Shown here piece by piece: positions 25,648 through 38,530 of a stretch of DNA of 64,000 nt. This DNA comes from Takakia lepidozioides. Lineage: Eukaryota > Plantae > Bryophyta. Position 1 is the first letter of the stretch, and each line of letters begins with the position of its first letter. Position numbers and translations under genes: made by a program. The notes under the pieces are model-generated. The model did no database searches. It was given only the letters and a program-made list of their open reading frames with translations, and was not told the DNA's origin. The stretch covers positions 21,824,001-21,888,000 of the forward strand of contig CM060732.1 of NCBI GenBank assembly GCA_030704615.1. The letters run 5' to 3'.

Positions 25648-27359
25648 ATGGCAACTGTGATCAAGCGAGAGCGGCCTTTGCTTGTTGTAGATGATCTGGA
25701 TACGAGCGTTAGAGATGCAGCATTTCAGGGTCAAGTTTTGTGTCGTTATGGCAACTGTTACAAAACCAACAGTGTCTTGGATTCCCCAAGTGCATTCTCA
25801 TACTTGCATTGTGATGTTACAGACATGTATGGGTTTATTACGGTGACCATCACAGTGTCTGGTTCTCTTGTGCAGACTCATTCTGACAAACTCACACGAG
25901 GAGCTTTCATACGTTTGGAGAACTTTTCCGTCCGTAATAAGCAGAAATTTGAAAGATGAGACTTGGATGTCGAGGTCAGCTTAGCCACCAAAGTGGAGAT
26001 CATCGCTCCATTCATTCCATTTTCTCTTCACTTTCTCGCTGGTGATACTATCGTGAGCTTCGCCAAAAAGGTGCATGAAAAATTTGCTACTGTTACTGCT
26101 ACTATTGCGGTGGTGGTCATCACTGTTCGTGGAGAAGTCGACAACAAATTCGAGCTTACCGTTGCGGATGGAAACACCCAGTCTGATATCCAAATTGTAC
26201 GAGCTCTATGTGCTCTAACTTTTAAAAGCTCCTACACATGTCCATCTTTTGTGAATGAAACTGTAAGTCAATACAAATCCAATTCTCAATATTTTTATGG
26301 ATTGTTTGCAGGTGAGCTATCTACCTTGTTTCCATGGGGAGTATGACCGACTGGTCAGCAATATCGTCATGGAGAGCCTACTTACACTCTCCTGAAAAAC
26401 GTCGGATCAACCTCAAATGGGGACATTCGGCTTATTACACTGCCGTGCACTATTTTTGCACCTGTGGTGGACGAGGACACTAAGGAACGGCTCCATCGTG
26501 TGCATGAAGCCCATACCGCTCACGGATTGAATGGTATCGCAACGCAGGTATATTCACATTCTATCTTAAGATCTAGTAGTTTTAATGTATGGGCATGGGC
26601 AAATTAAGTCTGAAATTCAGTGTGATTGTTGAGTGGCCAGCAAGCTGCTAACTGTTAGAAACCTTGGCACTGATTATAAAGACAGAGCTACTAGTTAGAA
26701 CTTTTATCTATGATTACTGAGATCTGAAATCGAAGCTAGTGGTTAGTAACCTTGTCTATGTACCAAAGACCGAAGACTGTTAGTTACAAACGCTAGTTGT
26801 GATTTGGATTCTCCATGATTTTGAGCTGCTAGGTAGAAATCTTGTCTGCAGGATTATCCAAGTTGCTAGTTAGTTGTTTGTGATTATTGAAGTCAATCGA
26901 TCATATGAAGAGTACCACGACAAATCTAACATAACTCAGAACATGAAAATAAATTATTAATAATATTTCTCTGTTTTTGTGTAGGTGACTGGTACGTTCT
27001 ACATCGTAGCTCCATCTATCCCTCCTTTCAAACGAGCATGTGCTGGTTGTGGCCTTGCTGACATTGTGAGGCAAGACGACGGTCTGTTCTACTGCAATGC
27101 ATGCAAGCACAATGGGCATTGCAATTTACAAGCCTATATCACAGGGAATGTTCATGATGTAGACGGTGTTGTGCAAGTGCATGTCAACGCTGATTGGGTG
27201 CAAGCAATCGTTGGCATTGATGAACAAGCTTTGAAAGATGCTCATCGTTCAAATAGGCTCTCTCTGATAAAAACTTTGAGCGCTGTGAAACTTGTTGGTC
27301 GTTTCTCCCTTAATCTTGTTGGCGATCTCGTGGGGTTTGAAGAGCATGCTCCTCTGTAA
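25648..27359 (+). pseudogene. RPA70-like OB-fold ssDNA-binding gene (about 3 exons), Helitron-associated, with a premature stop
   Basis: OB-like N-terminus (LTRGAFIRLENFSV), TGA at 25957-25959, GT-AG introns, and a C-terminal CxxC...CxxC zinc ribbon (RACAGCG...FYCNACK) as in RPA1 DBD-C. Lies just upstream of the helicase. Confidence 0.6.
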
Positions 27360-27639
27360 GTTCTTGGTTATGTGAAGATCCATTAACTTTGCTACATTTG
27401 TTGTTGAGGTACTCAATTATGCATAGGCTATATGTTCTGTTACTCTGATCACAAAAATTGCAGACATTTGAACTCAACGCAGGTCTACCTTGAATTTTGT
27501 AAGTTGCGATCGCAATTTGATCGAGATAAGTTATTTATAAAACTTCAAAAAACGTTTTTGAATTTGTTTTTATTTTAAGTAATATTTTAGTGGTTTGTCT
27601 TTTTTTGATGATAACTAATATATACGAGAATAATAATTA

Positions 27640-28760
27640 GATTTTCTTTTTATTTATGTATACTAGTTTAAAATCTTTTCAGATGTATTAGTTGTACACT
27701 TTTTAACATTTCTATCCATCCCTCAATTATATCCTACAATCCTTTAGTTCAGATTTTTCACTTTATCTTGGATATTTCTAGAATAATCCTGTTTTATGAT
27801 TTATCCATACTAGATTAAATCTTTTTTGATCCATTAGTTGTAATAGTGTAAAATTTCTTTAGTCCCTCGGTTATTTACAACATGCTCAGTTCAGATTTTC
27901 TAGTGTCTCATCGATATTTTCACAAATAATCCTGCTGTGATACATGCATACTAGTTAGAATTATTTTTTCTCTATTAGTTGCATACTGTAAAATTTCTCT
28001 CGGTCCCTCAGTTATTTCCTACAATTCTTCAATCCAGATTTTTAAGTCTCCCTCAAATACTTCCACAAATAATCCTGCTGTGATATATATGCATACTAAT
28101 TTAAAATATTTTCTGATGATCTAGCAGTTGTATATTGTAAAATTTCTCTCGGTCCCTCAATTATTTCCCACAATTCTTCAATCTAGATTTTCAAGTGTCT
28201 CTTAAATACTTCCACGAACGAATAATCATGTTGTGATTATGCGTACTAGATTAAAGTCTTTTCTGATCCATAAGTTGTGTTTTTTCAATCCCTAGGTTGT
28301 TTCCTCAAATTCTTCAGCTCAGATTTTCTAGTGTCCCTTAGTATATCCACATTTAATAATCTTGCTATGATTTGTGCAGGCTAGTTTAAAATCTATTCGG
28401 TTACATTACTTGTATAATTTAAAATATCTCTCGGTCCCTCAGTTATTTCTTACAATACTTCAACTCAAATGTTCAAGTGTCCCTTGAATATTTCTCACAA
28501 ATTAATCTTGCTGTAATTTAGATTAAAATATTTGTGATCCATTAGTTATATACTTTAAGATTTCTCTGGATCCCTCAGTTATTTATCACAATCCTTCCAT
28601 TCAGATTTATCAGCATTTTCCTAACTCTCACAATCCTTTAATTATATCAGGTTAAATTTATTTTATTGCCTCGGTTACATTCAGAACCTCAACTATTATA
28701 ATTTCTTTCGGTTCCTCAGTAATATCTCGCAATTTGTTCAATTATACTTATCTTAATTTA
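27640..28760. repeat. AT-rich tandem array, about 142-bp unit, about 8 copies
   Basis: A (g/a)tccct-like core recurs at 27718, 27862, 28003, 28152, 28288, 28434, 28570 and 28711. Confidence 0.85.
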
Positions 28761-29040
28761 TCTTTGATTTTTTATTATGTTTATCTACTCAATATACTAC
28801 ACGAGAATTTATGTTTGTCTGTTTTAGATTCTCATCAAATCCTAATCATATTGTATTTTATAAAATTTAATTTAAAAATATTTACATATATTAAATAATT
28901 ATATAGCTATATATTTTATAAAATCAAAAATCAAGATATAAAGTAGTCCAATCCAATTTAATTCTAAATGATAAAAAAAAATTAAAATGACCTAAAATCA
29001 TATCATATATGAAATTCAGAATTCTACATAATATAAATTA

Positions 29041-29230
29041 TTGCAAAGGGAGCCTGCTCCAAATCTCCTCCTCCATATTGCCCACCCACAAAACCTCTCT
29101 AACGTGTTCTTGTGATCGTAACACGGAGCTTGGGGAAAGAGACGTGTAGGTAAGGTATGAACCAGTCAAGCACCACACGTGCCTTGCCCCCAGTGAAGAA
29201 AAAAGAGAAGGAGTGAATAAAATCTTCTGT
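29041..29230 (-). pseudogene. Captured 5' fragment of a probable F-box gene
   Basis: GC-richer island in AT-rich DNA. ATG at 29076 reads MEEEIWSRLPLQ, a typical F-box start, then truncates. Confidence 0.45.
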
Positions 29231-29239
29231 ACGTTCGCC

Positions 29240-32211
29240 CATTGTACAGATAAATGTATCAATGATCGCGTCGATGCAAACATTAGAATTCGTAAAATGG
29301 GTAATGCGTTTTTAAATGCACAACAAATGTCTGCTCAATTAGCAGCATATATTGTGTTATCCATACCACTTTATCATGCATCTCGAAGTTTTAAATTTAT
29401 AAATACATCGTCACCACAAGAACGTGCATTTGTGTTGAAATCAAATAAAGAATTACAACAACTTTCTCCAAAATCCACAGATATTTAAATGTCTATCTGC
29501 TATTGACAAATATATTGATCGACCTAAGGCATTGAAGGACGTAAGCCTAAGTGAATTTGTTGCCGAATATACGACAGAAAAAACTGATTTAAATCCTCGT
29601 CAAAAATCTTGCATTATTAGATCCGTACACTACAATCAACATTGAGATGCCGACAATTATTATAGAGAACAACTTTTGCTTTTTCATCCTTTTCTTGGAA
29701 ATGAAGAATCACAAAAACAAAACTATGCATCTTGGCATGATGCATATATTGCTCATGAGCCATCCATTGTATCAATACGTAAAAAGTTTATATATACGTT
29801 CTCAAAAAATAATAACAATACTATAACTGATTGGAATAATTTAGAATCAAAAGCTCATGAATTGGCACAAATAAATAACTCTAGCATATGGATGGATACT
29901 TTTATGATGGTCGACGATGATTATGTTCCTAAATCATTAACTGATTGTACTGGAGTAGAGTCTTATGATATAAACACTGAATTCCATTTCAAACCACAAA
30001 TTAGAACATCGACGATACCTGAAATGGATGTTTGTAGCACACCTGACAATATGATTCTTTCCACAGTTTTTTTTGCTGAATTGCGCAAACTTAATTTTGA
30101 GCAAAGAGCTATTTTTGATGACTGTATGTATAGAAAACGTTTGTATCCTGACAAACCACTACATTTATTTATGACTGGTGGAGTAGGAACGGGAAAAATT
30201 TTTACCTTATTACTTATAATTCAAGGAATATTAATAAACATCCACAAGCTGATCCGCTAAAAAAAAAAACGATTTTGATGGCATATACAGGAAAAGCAGC
30301 TTTTAATATTGATGGCACAACCATACACTTTGGGCTTAGCATCCCTCTCAATTGCAAAGAATTGCCTTCACTTAGTTCAGAGCGATTAGATACACTAATA
30401 AAATGTTTTGACCAATTACAACTTTTGGTATTAGCTGAAATTTCACTAATAGGAAATAGAATACTTATATTTGCAGATTTACGATTAAGATCAATCAAAC
30501 GAGTTCATAGTCATTTTTTTGGTAATCTAGATGTCCTTGTCACATGAGATTTTTATCAAGCACCACCAGTGAGAGATAGTTGGTTTCAAAAAAAAAAACT
30601 GTAGGCCCAGATGTTTTAGTCCCCAGTTTTTGGCAAGATTGTATTAAATGTTACAAATTGACACAAGTGATGCGTCAAACAGACCGTGAATTTATTGACA
30701 TATTGAATAGATTGCGAACAGCCTCAGCAACTCAACACGATATAGACACTATTAATCAACAATGTTGTCGGCCTCCCCCTAACGATCCCGCATTCCCTCA
30801 TTTATATTATACAAACAAATCCATGCTCATGCATAATCAACTAGCTTTTGAGCGAACTAAAGGATCTGTATATATTTTTGAAGCCATCGATAAACATCAT
30901 GATACATGTCCTGCTTCTTTTAAGTTACTTGATAATGCATCTAATACTGCAGGTCTATATACAACTATTAAGGTTAAAAAAGAAATGTTAGTAGAGTTGT
31001 GTGCTGGAAATTATGCGACACATGACGGTCTTGTGAATGGAGCAGATGGAATATTCAAACATGCTACAATGTTAGTAGAATCTACTCATTTGATATGGAT
31101 ACAATTTTTCAATGTTAAATCTGGTATTGCTACACGTGCTAAAAACTCACATTTATATGATTCTACGATAGATCCTTTATGGACTCCTATTCAACCTATT
31201 TCAAAAGAGATTCAAATTGGGCCAAATACATCTCATATAATTACTACAACACAATTTCCGATTCAATTGGCTGCTGCTCGAACCATCCACCGTTCACAAG
31301 GCTTAACAATGGATTATTTGGCATTTGATCCTACCGGTGTTAATAAACAGGGATTAAGCTATACTGCTTTGTCTCGTATTCGAAGAAAAGAAAATTTGTA
31401 TCTTTTAGCAAACTTGCAACTACAAAATTTCCGCACTGATAATGGCGTTGCTGAGGAAATGAAACGATTACGTACTATTGCACGTTGGGAACTTTTAATT
31501 CCTGTTTTAAAAACTATCAACAATCACATGTAATTGTACAATCTTTGAACACGAGATCATTGTCATTATACAAAGACGATATTTTTGAAGATTATAATTT
31601 ACAAACATCCCATATTTTATGTTTGAATGAAACTCATTTCAGTCCGGAAAATTCAAACAGCAATTTATTTGCCGATCATTCAAAATATTCGTATGTGGCT
31701 GTACATGCTAGTCAAGGTACAATGATATTGTACGATAAAAGTACGTCGTAAACATCCCATGAAACATTTTCACGTAATGGTGCCGAATATATAACTGCAT
31801 TATTTAATAAAAATACGCGAAGAGCTATAAACATCGTCACAATATATAAACCTCCGTCTCTTTCATTGATTATATTTTTATCCCATCTTGGGATTATTCT
31901 TAATAATATCCCACATTGTTGTCCTACAATAATTATAGGAGATTTTAATGTGCATATGTTAGAGAAAAATCCTTCAACCAATCAACTAAAACAATTTATG
32001 AATAAATTTTCAAATGAAACTTCAATTTTCCGAGGCTACTACAATCTACGGTTCACATTTGGATCACATTTGGACAAATGCCCAAAATCAACAATGCATG
32101 TCCGGTGTTACAGAAGCCTATTGGAGTGATCACAAACCTATATTTATGGCTTTCAAACTACCTAATCACGTGTCTCAATATTGTCACATCTCACCTATTC
32201 TAAATGTTTAA
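29240..32211 (+). mobile_element. Decayed Helitron-like Rep(C-term)-PIF1 helicase-APE endonuclease gene (Helentron type)
   Basis: KMGNAFLNAQQMSAQLAAY; PIF1 motifs TGGVGTGK, AYTGKAAFNIDGTTIH, QVMRQ, QFPIQLAAARTIHRSQGLT, YTALSR; then EN motifs SLNTRSL, LCLNETH, IYKPP, IIGDFN, LDHIW, SDHKPI. Several stops and frameshifts. Confidence 0.85.
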
Positions 32212-32304
32212 TAGTATTTTGTACGATTTAAAAAAAGAGCCATTACACGACTAGCTACAACATCATGGACTTAGATGGAATACATTAAATCTACAATATC
32301 ATGT

Positions 32305-32620
32305 ACAAAGCTAACATAATTAAATTTGGATGAACATTTCTTAACAAATATAGAGATTTATATTGTAAACGACATTTTAAGAACAATCAAACGGTAGCTT
32401 TTTGTGGCAAATTATGACATAAAAATGATTGTGTTTCATTTATCATCAGGTACGTCATCATCCGAGTATTGTGCACTTCATCTAACGTAAGGGAACACAA
32501 TCATTTTTGTCTCTTTGCCACGTGGGGGAGCTACTGTTGCATTGCTCTTAAAATATCGTTAGAATATAAATCCGAGTGTAAGTTCGAAAATATATCCGAA
32601 ATTGATTATGTTGGCTTTGT
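32305..32620. repeat. Long imperfect inverted repeat (about 135-bp arms)
   Basis: acaaagctaacataat..gatttatatt..aaaaatgattgtgtttc pairs with gaacacaatcattttt..aatataaatc..attatgttggctttgt. Confidence 0.8.
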
Positions 32621-33649
32621 TAATATTCCATCAAGAGAGGCATAAATTAGTCATATTTGCTGTTTCTTGACAAATGCAGCTAGATGAAAATGATACGCAC
32701 ATGTATCTAATGAAGAATAGAATCACGAAGAAAATCAAAACAATTTTGAAAATATAAAATAATAACAATAATTTTCAAATGAATTTCTAAGGCTACTACA
32801 ATCCACAGTTAATGGACGAATGCCAATGAAAATCAACAATGCATATATGGTGGTATAAAATCCTATTGGAATGATCGCAAACCTATACACTTGGCCTTCA
32901 AACTAATGTCTCAAAATATTGTCACATCTCACCTATTCCAAATGCTTCATAATATTTTATGTTAATATGAGGAGGAGCCATTACGCGACTAGCCGCTTGT
33001 TTTATTGGCCCTGCCTTTCTAAGGCAGGACTACTTGTGAGGGTTTGAGCTGCTTTAGCACCTATACTTTCGATTAGACTACCAATTTCATCAAAAGAATA
33101 TTATTTTTTTAAATGAATGATATCCGTTCGTTGGTCAAGAAGGAGAAGCGATGGCAGAATGGAGCGCCCGTGCACCCATGGAGAGCATGCTTTGGTTCAG
33201 AACAGAAGTGAGGGTGGCAGAACATTTCTTCCTTCGTCGTCCTTTCTACCATGAGAATGAGATCCGTTGGAGATTAAATGTCTATTGTATGATACCCAAT
33301 CTCTCAGACCTCGACTTCGGTCATTACGAGTATCAGAAATGCGAAGGAAACACGATGGCAAAATGGAGTGCCCGTGTTACCATCATCAGTTGATTTCATT
33401 CTAGGCAACTGAATCACACACACCAGTAATATATCTTATCTTTTCAGTCTTGAAATTGTGGTTGTCTATCAATGAGATACGGTGTATGGAAGGCCTTGAT
33501 AACCTCCACTTAAAGAACTGAGTGTGGGTAGTCTCACTGTACTTTTGTGAGTGTGCATATGATTTTGCAGGAGGGTGCAATAAGTTTTCTTTGATTGCTT
33601 TTCAATTTAGAATTGGAATTATTGTAATAAGTAGGGTTGGGGTGTTTGC

Positions 33650-34339
33650 AAAGATGTATGCATGATTTGTGCGGAGCAGGGGTAGAATGTGGGTTCAGAT
33701 TCATTCAAGAAGGTTGGATTTTAAGCTCAAGATTAGCTATGGTTTCTTGTGCATCAATAGTTGGAAGAAACCTACATGGGTAGATGGTGAACTAGAAGCT
33801 GCAGCAACAGCGGCACAGTTGATAAAATCAGGCACTGTTAATGAAGGTACTTTTTTCAACACATTTCATCCTATTTTTTTCTCTTATTAGAACCGGCCCT
33901 AATTCCATGTTGAATTCTGCAATGGTGACTTTGACATGCTATTGCCAATGTGACAACATGAAAGTATCCAGATACAGGTAACAGAGACGAGGAGAGGCTG
34001 TGGAAAGAATACTTTTCTGATCCCAGTCAATGTTGGGACAACCAAGGCCAAAAGGTGAATGCCTGTTAGATCAGAGAGTAGCAAATGCAATTCAACATAG
34101 GAATTAGTGTGATAAGTTGAGTTGGGTGTTTCATAGAACAAATCTAGGCTGTCATTGTCAGCTGCTAGCAGCAAGGCAAAGATGAATGCATGATTTGTAT
34201 AGAGGCATGGATAGTTGAAGGAGCAGGGGGAAAGTGTGGGTACAGAATTATCGAAGAGGACCAAATTTCAAGCAGAAGAATACCTATGATTCCCTGTGGA
34301 TCAATAGCTACAAGAAGCCTACATGGTAGATGGTCAACT
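33650..34339 (+). pseudogene. Two further diverged copies of the PPR 5' module; the second is the target of the Gypsy insertion
   Basis: gtggatcaatagctacaagaagcctaca..gatggtcaact resembles 21850-21960 and 33690-33836, and continues after 46804 (aactaaaggcagcagctgcagcggcacagttgataaaatcaggcac). Confidence 0.65.
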
Positions 34340-34665
34340 TGTCAAGTTATTTTACCACTAGTGTGAAACTAGCTAGGAAATAGCTATCTTTTACATATTG
34401 ACATTTGGGATTGGCCCAAGTGTCAATCCAGGGGTCAAGGCAGATTTAGGCCCTGGAGTGGTTATCTTCACGGCAAGCGCGGGAGACTCATCTTTCTCGA
34501 GTTGAGCCTCACCGCGCCTAGCTATGGCGCCGTAGTGTGGATTCCCCATGGCGTGGGGTGCACTTGGCTTGACTTGTATTTGAGTGATGAGGTTATATAT
34601 GCATGAGTTTATGCTTCAGCTTTGTGAGCTCGCATGAGCTTGTGCTTGTATTCTTCTTCTTTATC
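34340..34665 (+). repeat. Terminal repeat A1 (326 bp)
   Basis: Matches 46288-46613 with two substitutions seen by eye. Rich in short hairpins, TATA-like ttatatat near 34593. Confidence 0.95.
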
Positions 34666-36199
34666 ACTCGAGAAAGGTGAGCTCGTATCTATGAGTGCTA
34701 GATACGAGTTAGTTGTAGCACTTGTGGTTTTTGCTTGAGAATGAGAGAAACCAAGTTGTTATGCAAGGAGCACCGTGGAGCTCTTAGTTGTTAGAAGCGG
34801 AGGCGATGTGGGTTACGAGGTGGTAGACCTTGGCATTCGATCTTCAGCTTCAGAGATGAAAGCACCATGCTGCAGGTAATTCCAGAGCACCTTGATGGTT
34901 TCAGATTGTGTACATGCATGAGCAAGCACGATTGGGAAGAGGACCAGTCAAGAGCAGATTATAGTGGATTTGGTGGCAAAGCTGAAAACTGGACTTGGGA
35001 ATGCGAGCTTTCATTATGTGAAGGATTGCAAGACCAAGCGAAAGGGCTGATTTTGCTTGGGGCAAATCAGTGCACTTTGTGGAGTATGGTGAGATTGGGT
35101 TTCAATCTCGAGCTTCAGCATTGAGAGGGCTCTTGTCATGGCAAGAGCAGGGCTGGATCAGGAGCTAAGAGGTGCGGCAAGGCCATGGAATGTGCACCTA
35201 GGGTTTCAGAGCTTGGAAGAAGAGTTCTTGCACCACAAGAGAAGTGTCTTGTGGTTGGAAATGTAAGCCTTAGGGTTTCAGGAGCTTGGCAAAGGCTATG
35301 GAGTGCTTAGTCTTGTCATAGAGAGCATCAAGGAGCCAAGGAGCCAAGATAGGGGGCTGATATCTCTTGTGTGAAGAGGTTGCATGTGTGGAGCATGTAT
35401 TCAGCTCATTGAAGCTTCCATCTTCAAGCTTGGAGGGCAAGCAAGGAAGAGGGAAGGGCTGACTTCCCTTATGTGAGGGCAATGTATGTGTGGAGCATGC
35501 TATCAGCCTGGTGAAGGCTTGCACTTTTAGGTGTGGGAGTGCAAGAAAGGAAGGAAGGGGCTGGTTTCCCTGTAGGGCATGTAGAGCATGCTTTCAGCCT
35601 GCTGAAGCTTGTATTATCAGGTTTGTGGGTGCAAGAAATGAAGCAAAGGAGCTGATTCTCTTATGGTGAGAGTGGGGCATGTGTGGAGCATGCCTTCAGC
35701 CCATTGAGGCTCTTGTTTTCAAGCCTTAGAGAGCTAGAACGGAAGGTCTAGGGCTGGTTTCCACTTGGAGTGAAAGAACAGCACTTGTAGGGCCTATGTG
35801 AGTTGGGGTTTCAACTTCAAGCTTGAAGGGAGCGCAACTCTTGAAGCAACAGGTGTAGAGGGCTGGAATAGGCTCTAAGACAGATGCTATGGCCAATGAG
35901 GGGAGTGCTTGAATGAGTGCTCACAAGGGCTGGGAACCAGCATGGCTTGGTTGTTTGCCATTGAGTTTAGTGGCGTGTTTGGGAGGCTAAGTGAGAAAGA
36001 AGGCTTGGTTTGTGGCAACCACCTCATGGCTTAGGGCTACTATGGTGGTGTGTGGGAGCCGAAAGAGCAAGGATACCTTGCTAATTTCCTCACAGCCACC
36101 ATAGCTCGGTGGAAAGAAGCCTAGAGTCTAAGAGACACAAACCCTAGCTTGGCGTGGCTAAACCCCTTGGAGAAATGGCTAAACTGCCAGAGCGGCCAT

Positions 36200-37790
36200 G
36201 TGTGGGGCTGTGACAGGCTGTGGCAAGCTGTGACAGGCTATGCCCAGTGGCCTGTGGGGCTGTGACGGGCTGTGACAGGCTGTGGCAAGCTGTGACAGGC
36301 TGTGATGGGCTGTGATGGGCTGTGACAGGCTGTGCCCTGTGCCCTGTGGGGCTGTGACGGGCTGTGTCAGGCTGTGACAGGCTGTGCCCAGTGGCCTTTG
36401 GGGCTGTGACGGGCTGTGACAGGCCGTGCCTGAGGCCTTTGGGGCTGTGACGGGCTGTGAGGGGCTGTGGACAGGCTGTGCCTGTGCCCTGTGGGGCTGT
36501 GACGGGCTGTGTCAGGCTGTGTGGCGAGCTGTGACGGGCTGTGACGGGCTGTGACAGGCTGTGCCCTGTGCCTGTGGGGCTGTGGCAGCTGTGACCGGCT
36601 GTGATGGGCTGTGATGGGCTGTGACAGGTGTGCCCTGTGCCCTGTGGTGCTGTGACGGGCTGTGTCAGGCTGTGACAGGCTGTGCCCAGTGGCCTTTGGG
36701 GCTGTGACGGGCTGTGCGGGGCTGTGACAGGCTGTGCCCTGAGGCCTATGGGGCTGTGACGGGCTGTGACAGGCTGTGCCCAGGCCTTTGGGGCTGTGGG
36801 GGCTGTGAGGGCTGTGAGGGGCTGTGACAGGCCGTGCCTGAGGCCTTTGGCTGTGACGGGCTGTGAGGGGCTGTGACAGGCCGTGCCCATGGCCTTTGGG
36901 CTGTGACGGGCTGTGAGGGGCTGTGACAGGCCGTGCCTGAGGCCTTTGAGGCTGTGAGGGCTGTGAGGGGCTGTGACAGGCCGTGCCCTAGGCCTTTGAG
37001 GCTGTGACGGGCTGTGAGGGCTGTGACGGGCCGTGGCAAGCTGTGAGGCTGGGATGGGCCGGGATGGGCTGTGACAGGCTGTGACAGGCTGTGATGGCTT
37101 TGGGTGCTGTGTGCCGGGCTGTGAGGGGCTTGGGGCTGTGACAGGCCGTGCCCATGCCTTGGGGCTGTGAGGGGCTGTGACAGGCCGTGCCTGAGGCCTT
37201 TGAGGCTGTGATGGTGTGACGGGCTGTGAGGGGCTGTGACAGGCCGTGCCCATGGCCTTTGGGCTGTGACGGGCTGTGAGGGGCTGTGACAGGCCGTGCC
37301 TGAGGCCTTTGAGGCTGGAGGGGCTGTGCTGTGGGGGCTGTGTGACAGGCCGTGCCCTAGGCTTGAGGCTGTGACTGGGCTGTGTGGTGGGCTGTGGCAA
37401 GCTGTGACGGCTGTGATGGGCTGTGCTGTGATGGGCTGTGACAGGCTGTGCCCTGTGCCTTGTGGGCTGTGACGGGCTGTGTGAGGGGCTGTGTGACAGG
37501 CCGTGCCCATGGCCTTTGGGGCTGTGACGGGCTGTGAGGGGCTGTGACAGGCCGTGCCCATGGCCTTTGGGCTGTGTGAGGGGCTGTGAGGGTGTGTGGG
37601 TGTGAGGGCTGAGCTGCCTGTGAGGGGCTGTGACAGGCCTGCGTGCTGAGGCTTGAGGCTGTTGAGGCTGTGTGGAGTGGGCTGTGAGGGCTGGGGCTGT
37701 GACAGGCCGTGCCTGAGGCCTTTGAGGCTGTGACGGCTGTGAGGGGCTGCGACAGGCTGTGCCCAGTGGCCTGTGGGACTGTGACGGCCT
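36200..37790. repeat. About 1.6-kb array of ~10-bp GGCTGTGAC(A/G) units in the element's 5' leader
   Basis: Continuous ggctgtgac/gggctgtgag variants with higher-order caggccgtgcc..ggccttt units. Confidence 0.95.
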
Positions 37791-38530
37791 GACCAGTGAG
37801 CTGTGTGGGCCTGTGCTGGTCTGTGGTGGCCCGTGTTGACCTGTGGACGGCTTGTGCTGACTCGTGGAGGCACTGGTGGACTGCCTAAGGACTGGCATGT
37901 GGTCTGGAAGGCCGAATTTTGAAGCTCGTGGAGGGCGGTTTGAGGAGTATCTTCATGATATTCCCATGGTCATGCAAGTGAGGATAGAGAGGAGAGGCAG
38001 AGTGTTGGGATGAGAGCATGCTGGGGTTAGGCATTGCTTTAGCTTCTCTTCCTCGTAGTTTCCACCCTCTCATTAGGCCAAGACCTTTCCGTAGGTGGAG
38101 GCAAGAGTCAGTCCGGGTTTGGGCTGGGGTGTCCTTGCAGGAGCAACACCGTGGAGTTGTTTTTGGTGTGGGGGAGTTGTCGTTCGGATTTCTTGTGTTT
38201 GGATCCCCTCCATACCTGCATGCTTGACTGTGCGCCATGCTAGTTTTGTGTGGGCGCTTGTTTTTATAGGTGATTGGTCCGGATTTGATCACCGGCCAGT
38301 CCTAGAGCATGCTGTCGATGGTGAGGCTGGGGTGATGACCAGCCAGACCATCATTGTTTCTCCTGTGGTGAGGTTGGAGGTGATGACCAGCCAACCATAG
38401 GAGTGCTTGCGGTGGATGCAGGTACAGGTGTAGGCTATGTTAGGAACTTAGTATTCCAAACCATAAGCCGCAACAGGTTCTCTACCCGGTTACCTTGTGG
38501 AGAGGGGGTTAGGGACATGTTCATGACCGG

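Noticed and set aside
27640-28760. CRISPR-like array
   Set aside because: Whole units are homologous with no unique spacers, in a eukaryotic context.
36144-37898. Long minus-strand ORFs (584 aa and 375 aa)
   Set aside because: They are translations of the GGCTGTG array, which lacks stops on that strand. Low complexity, no domain.
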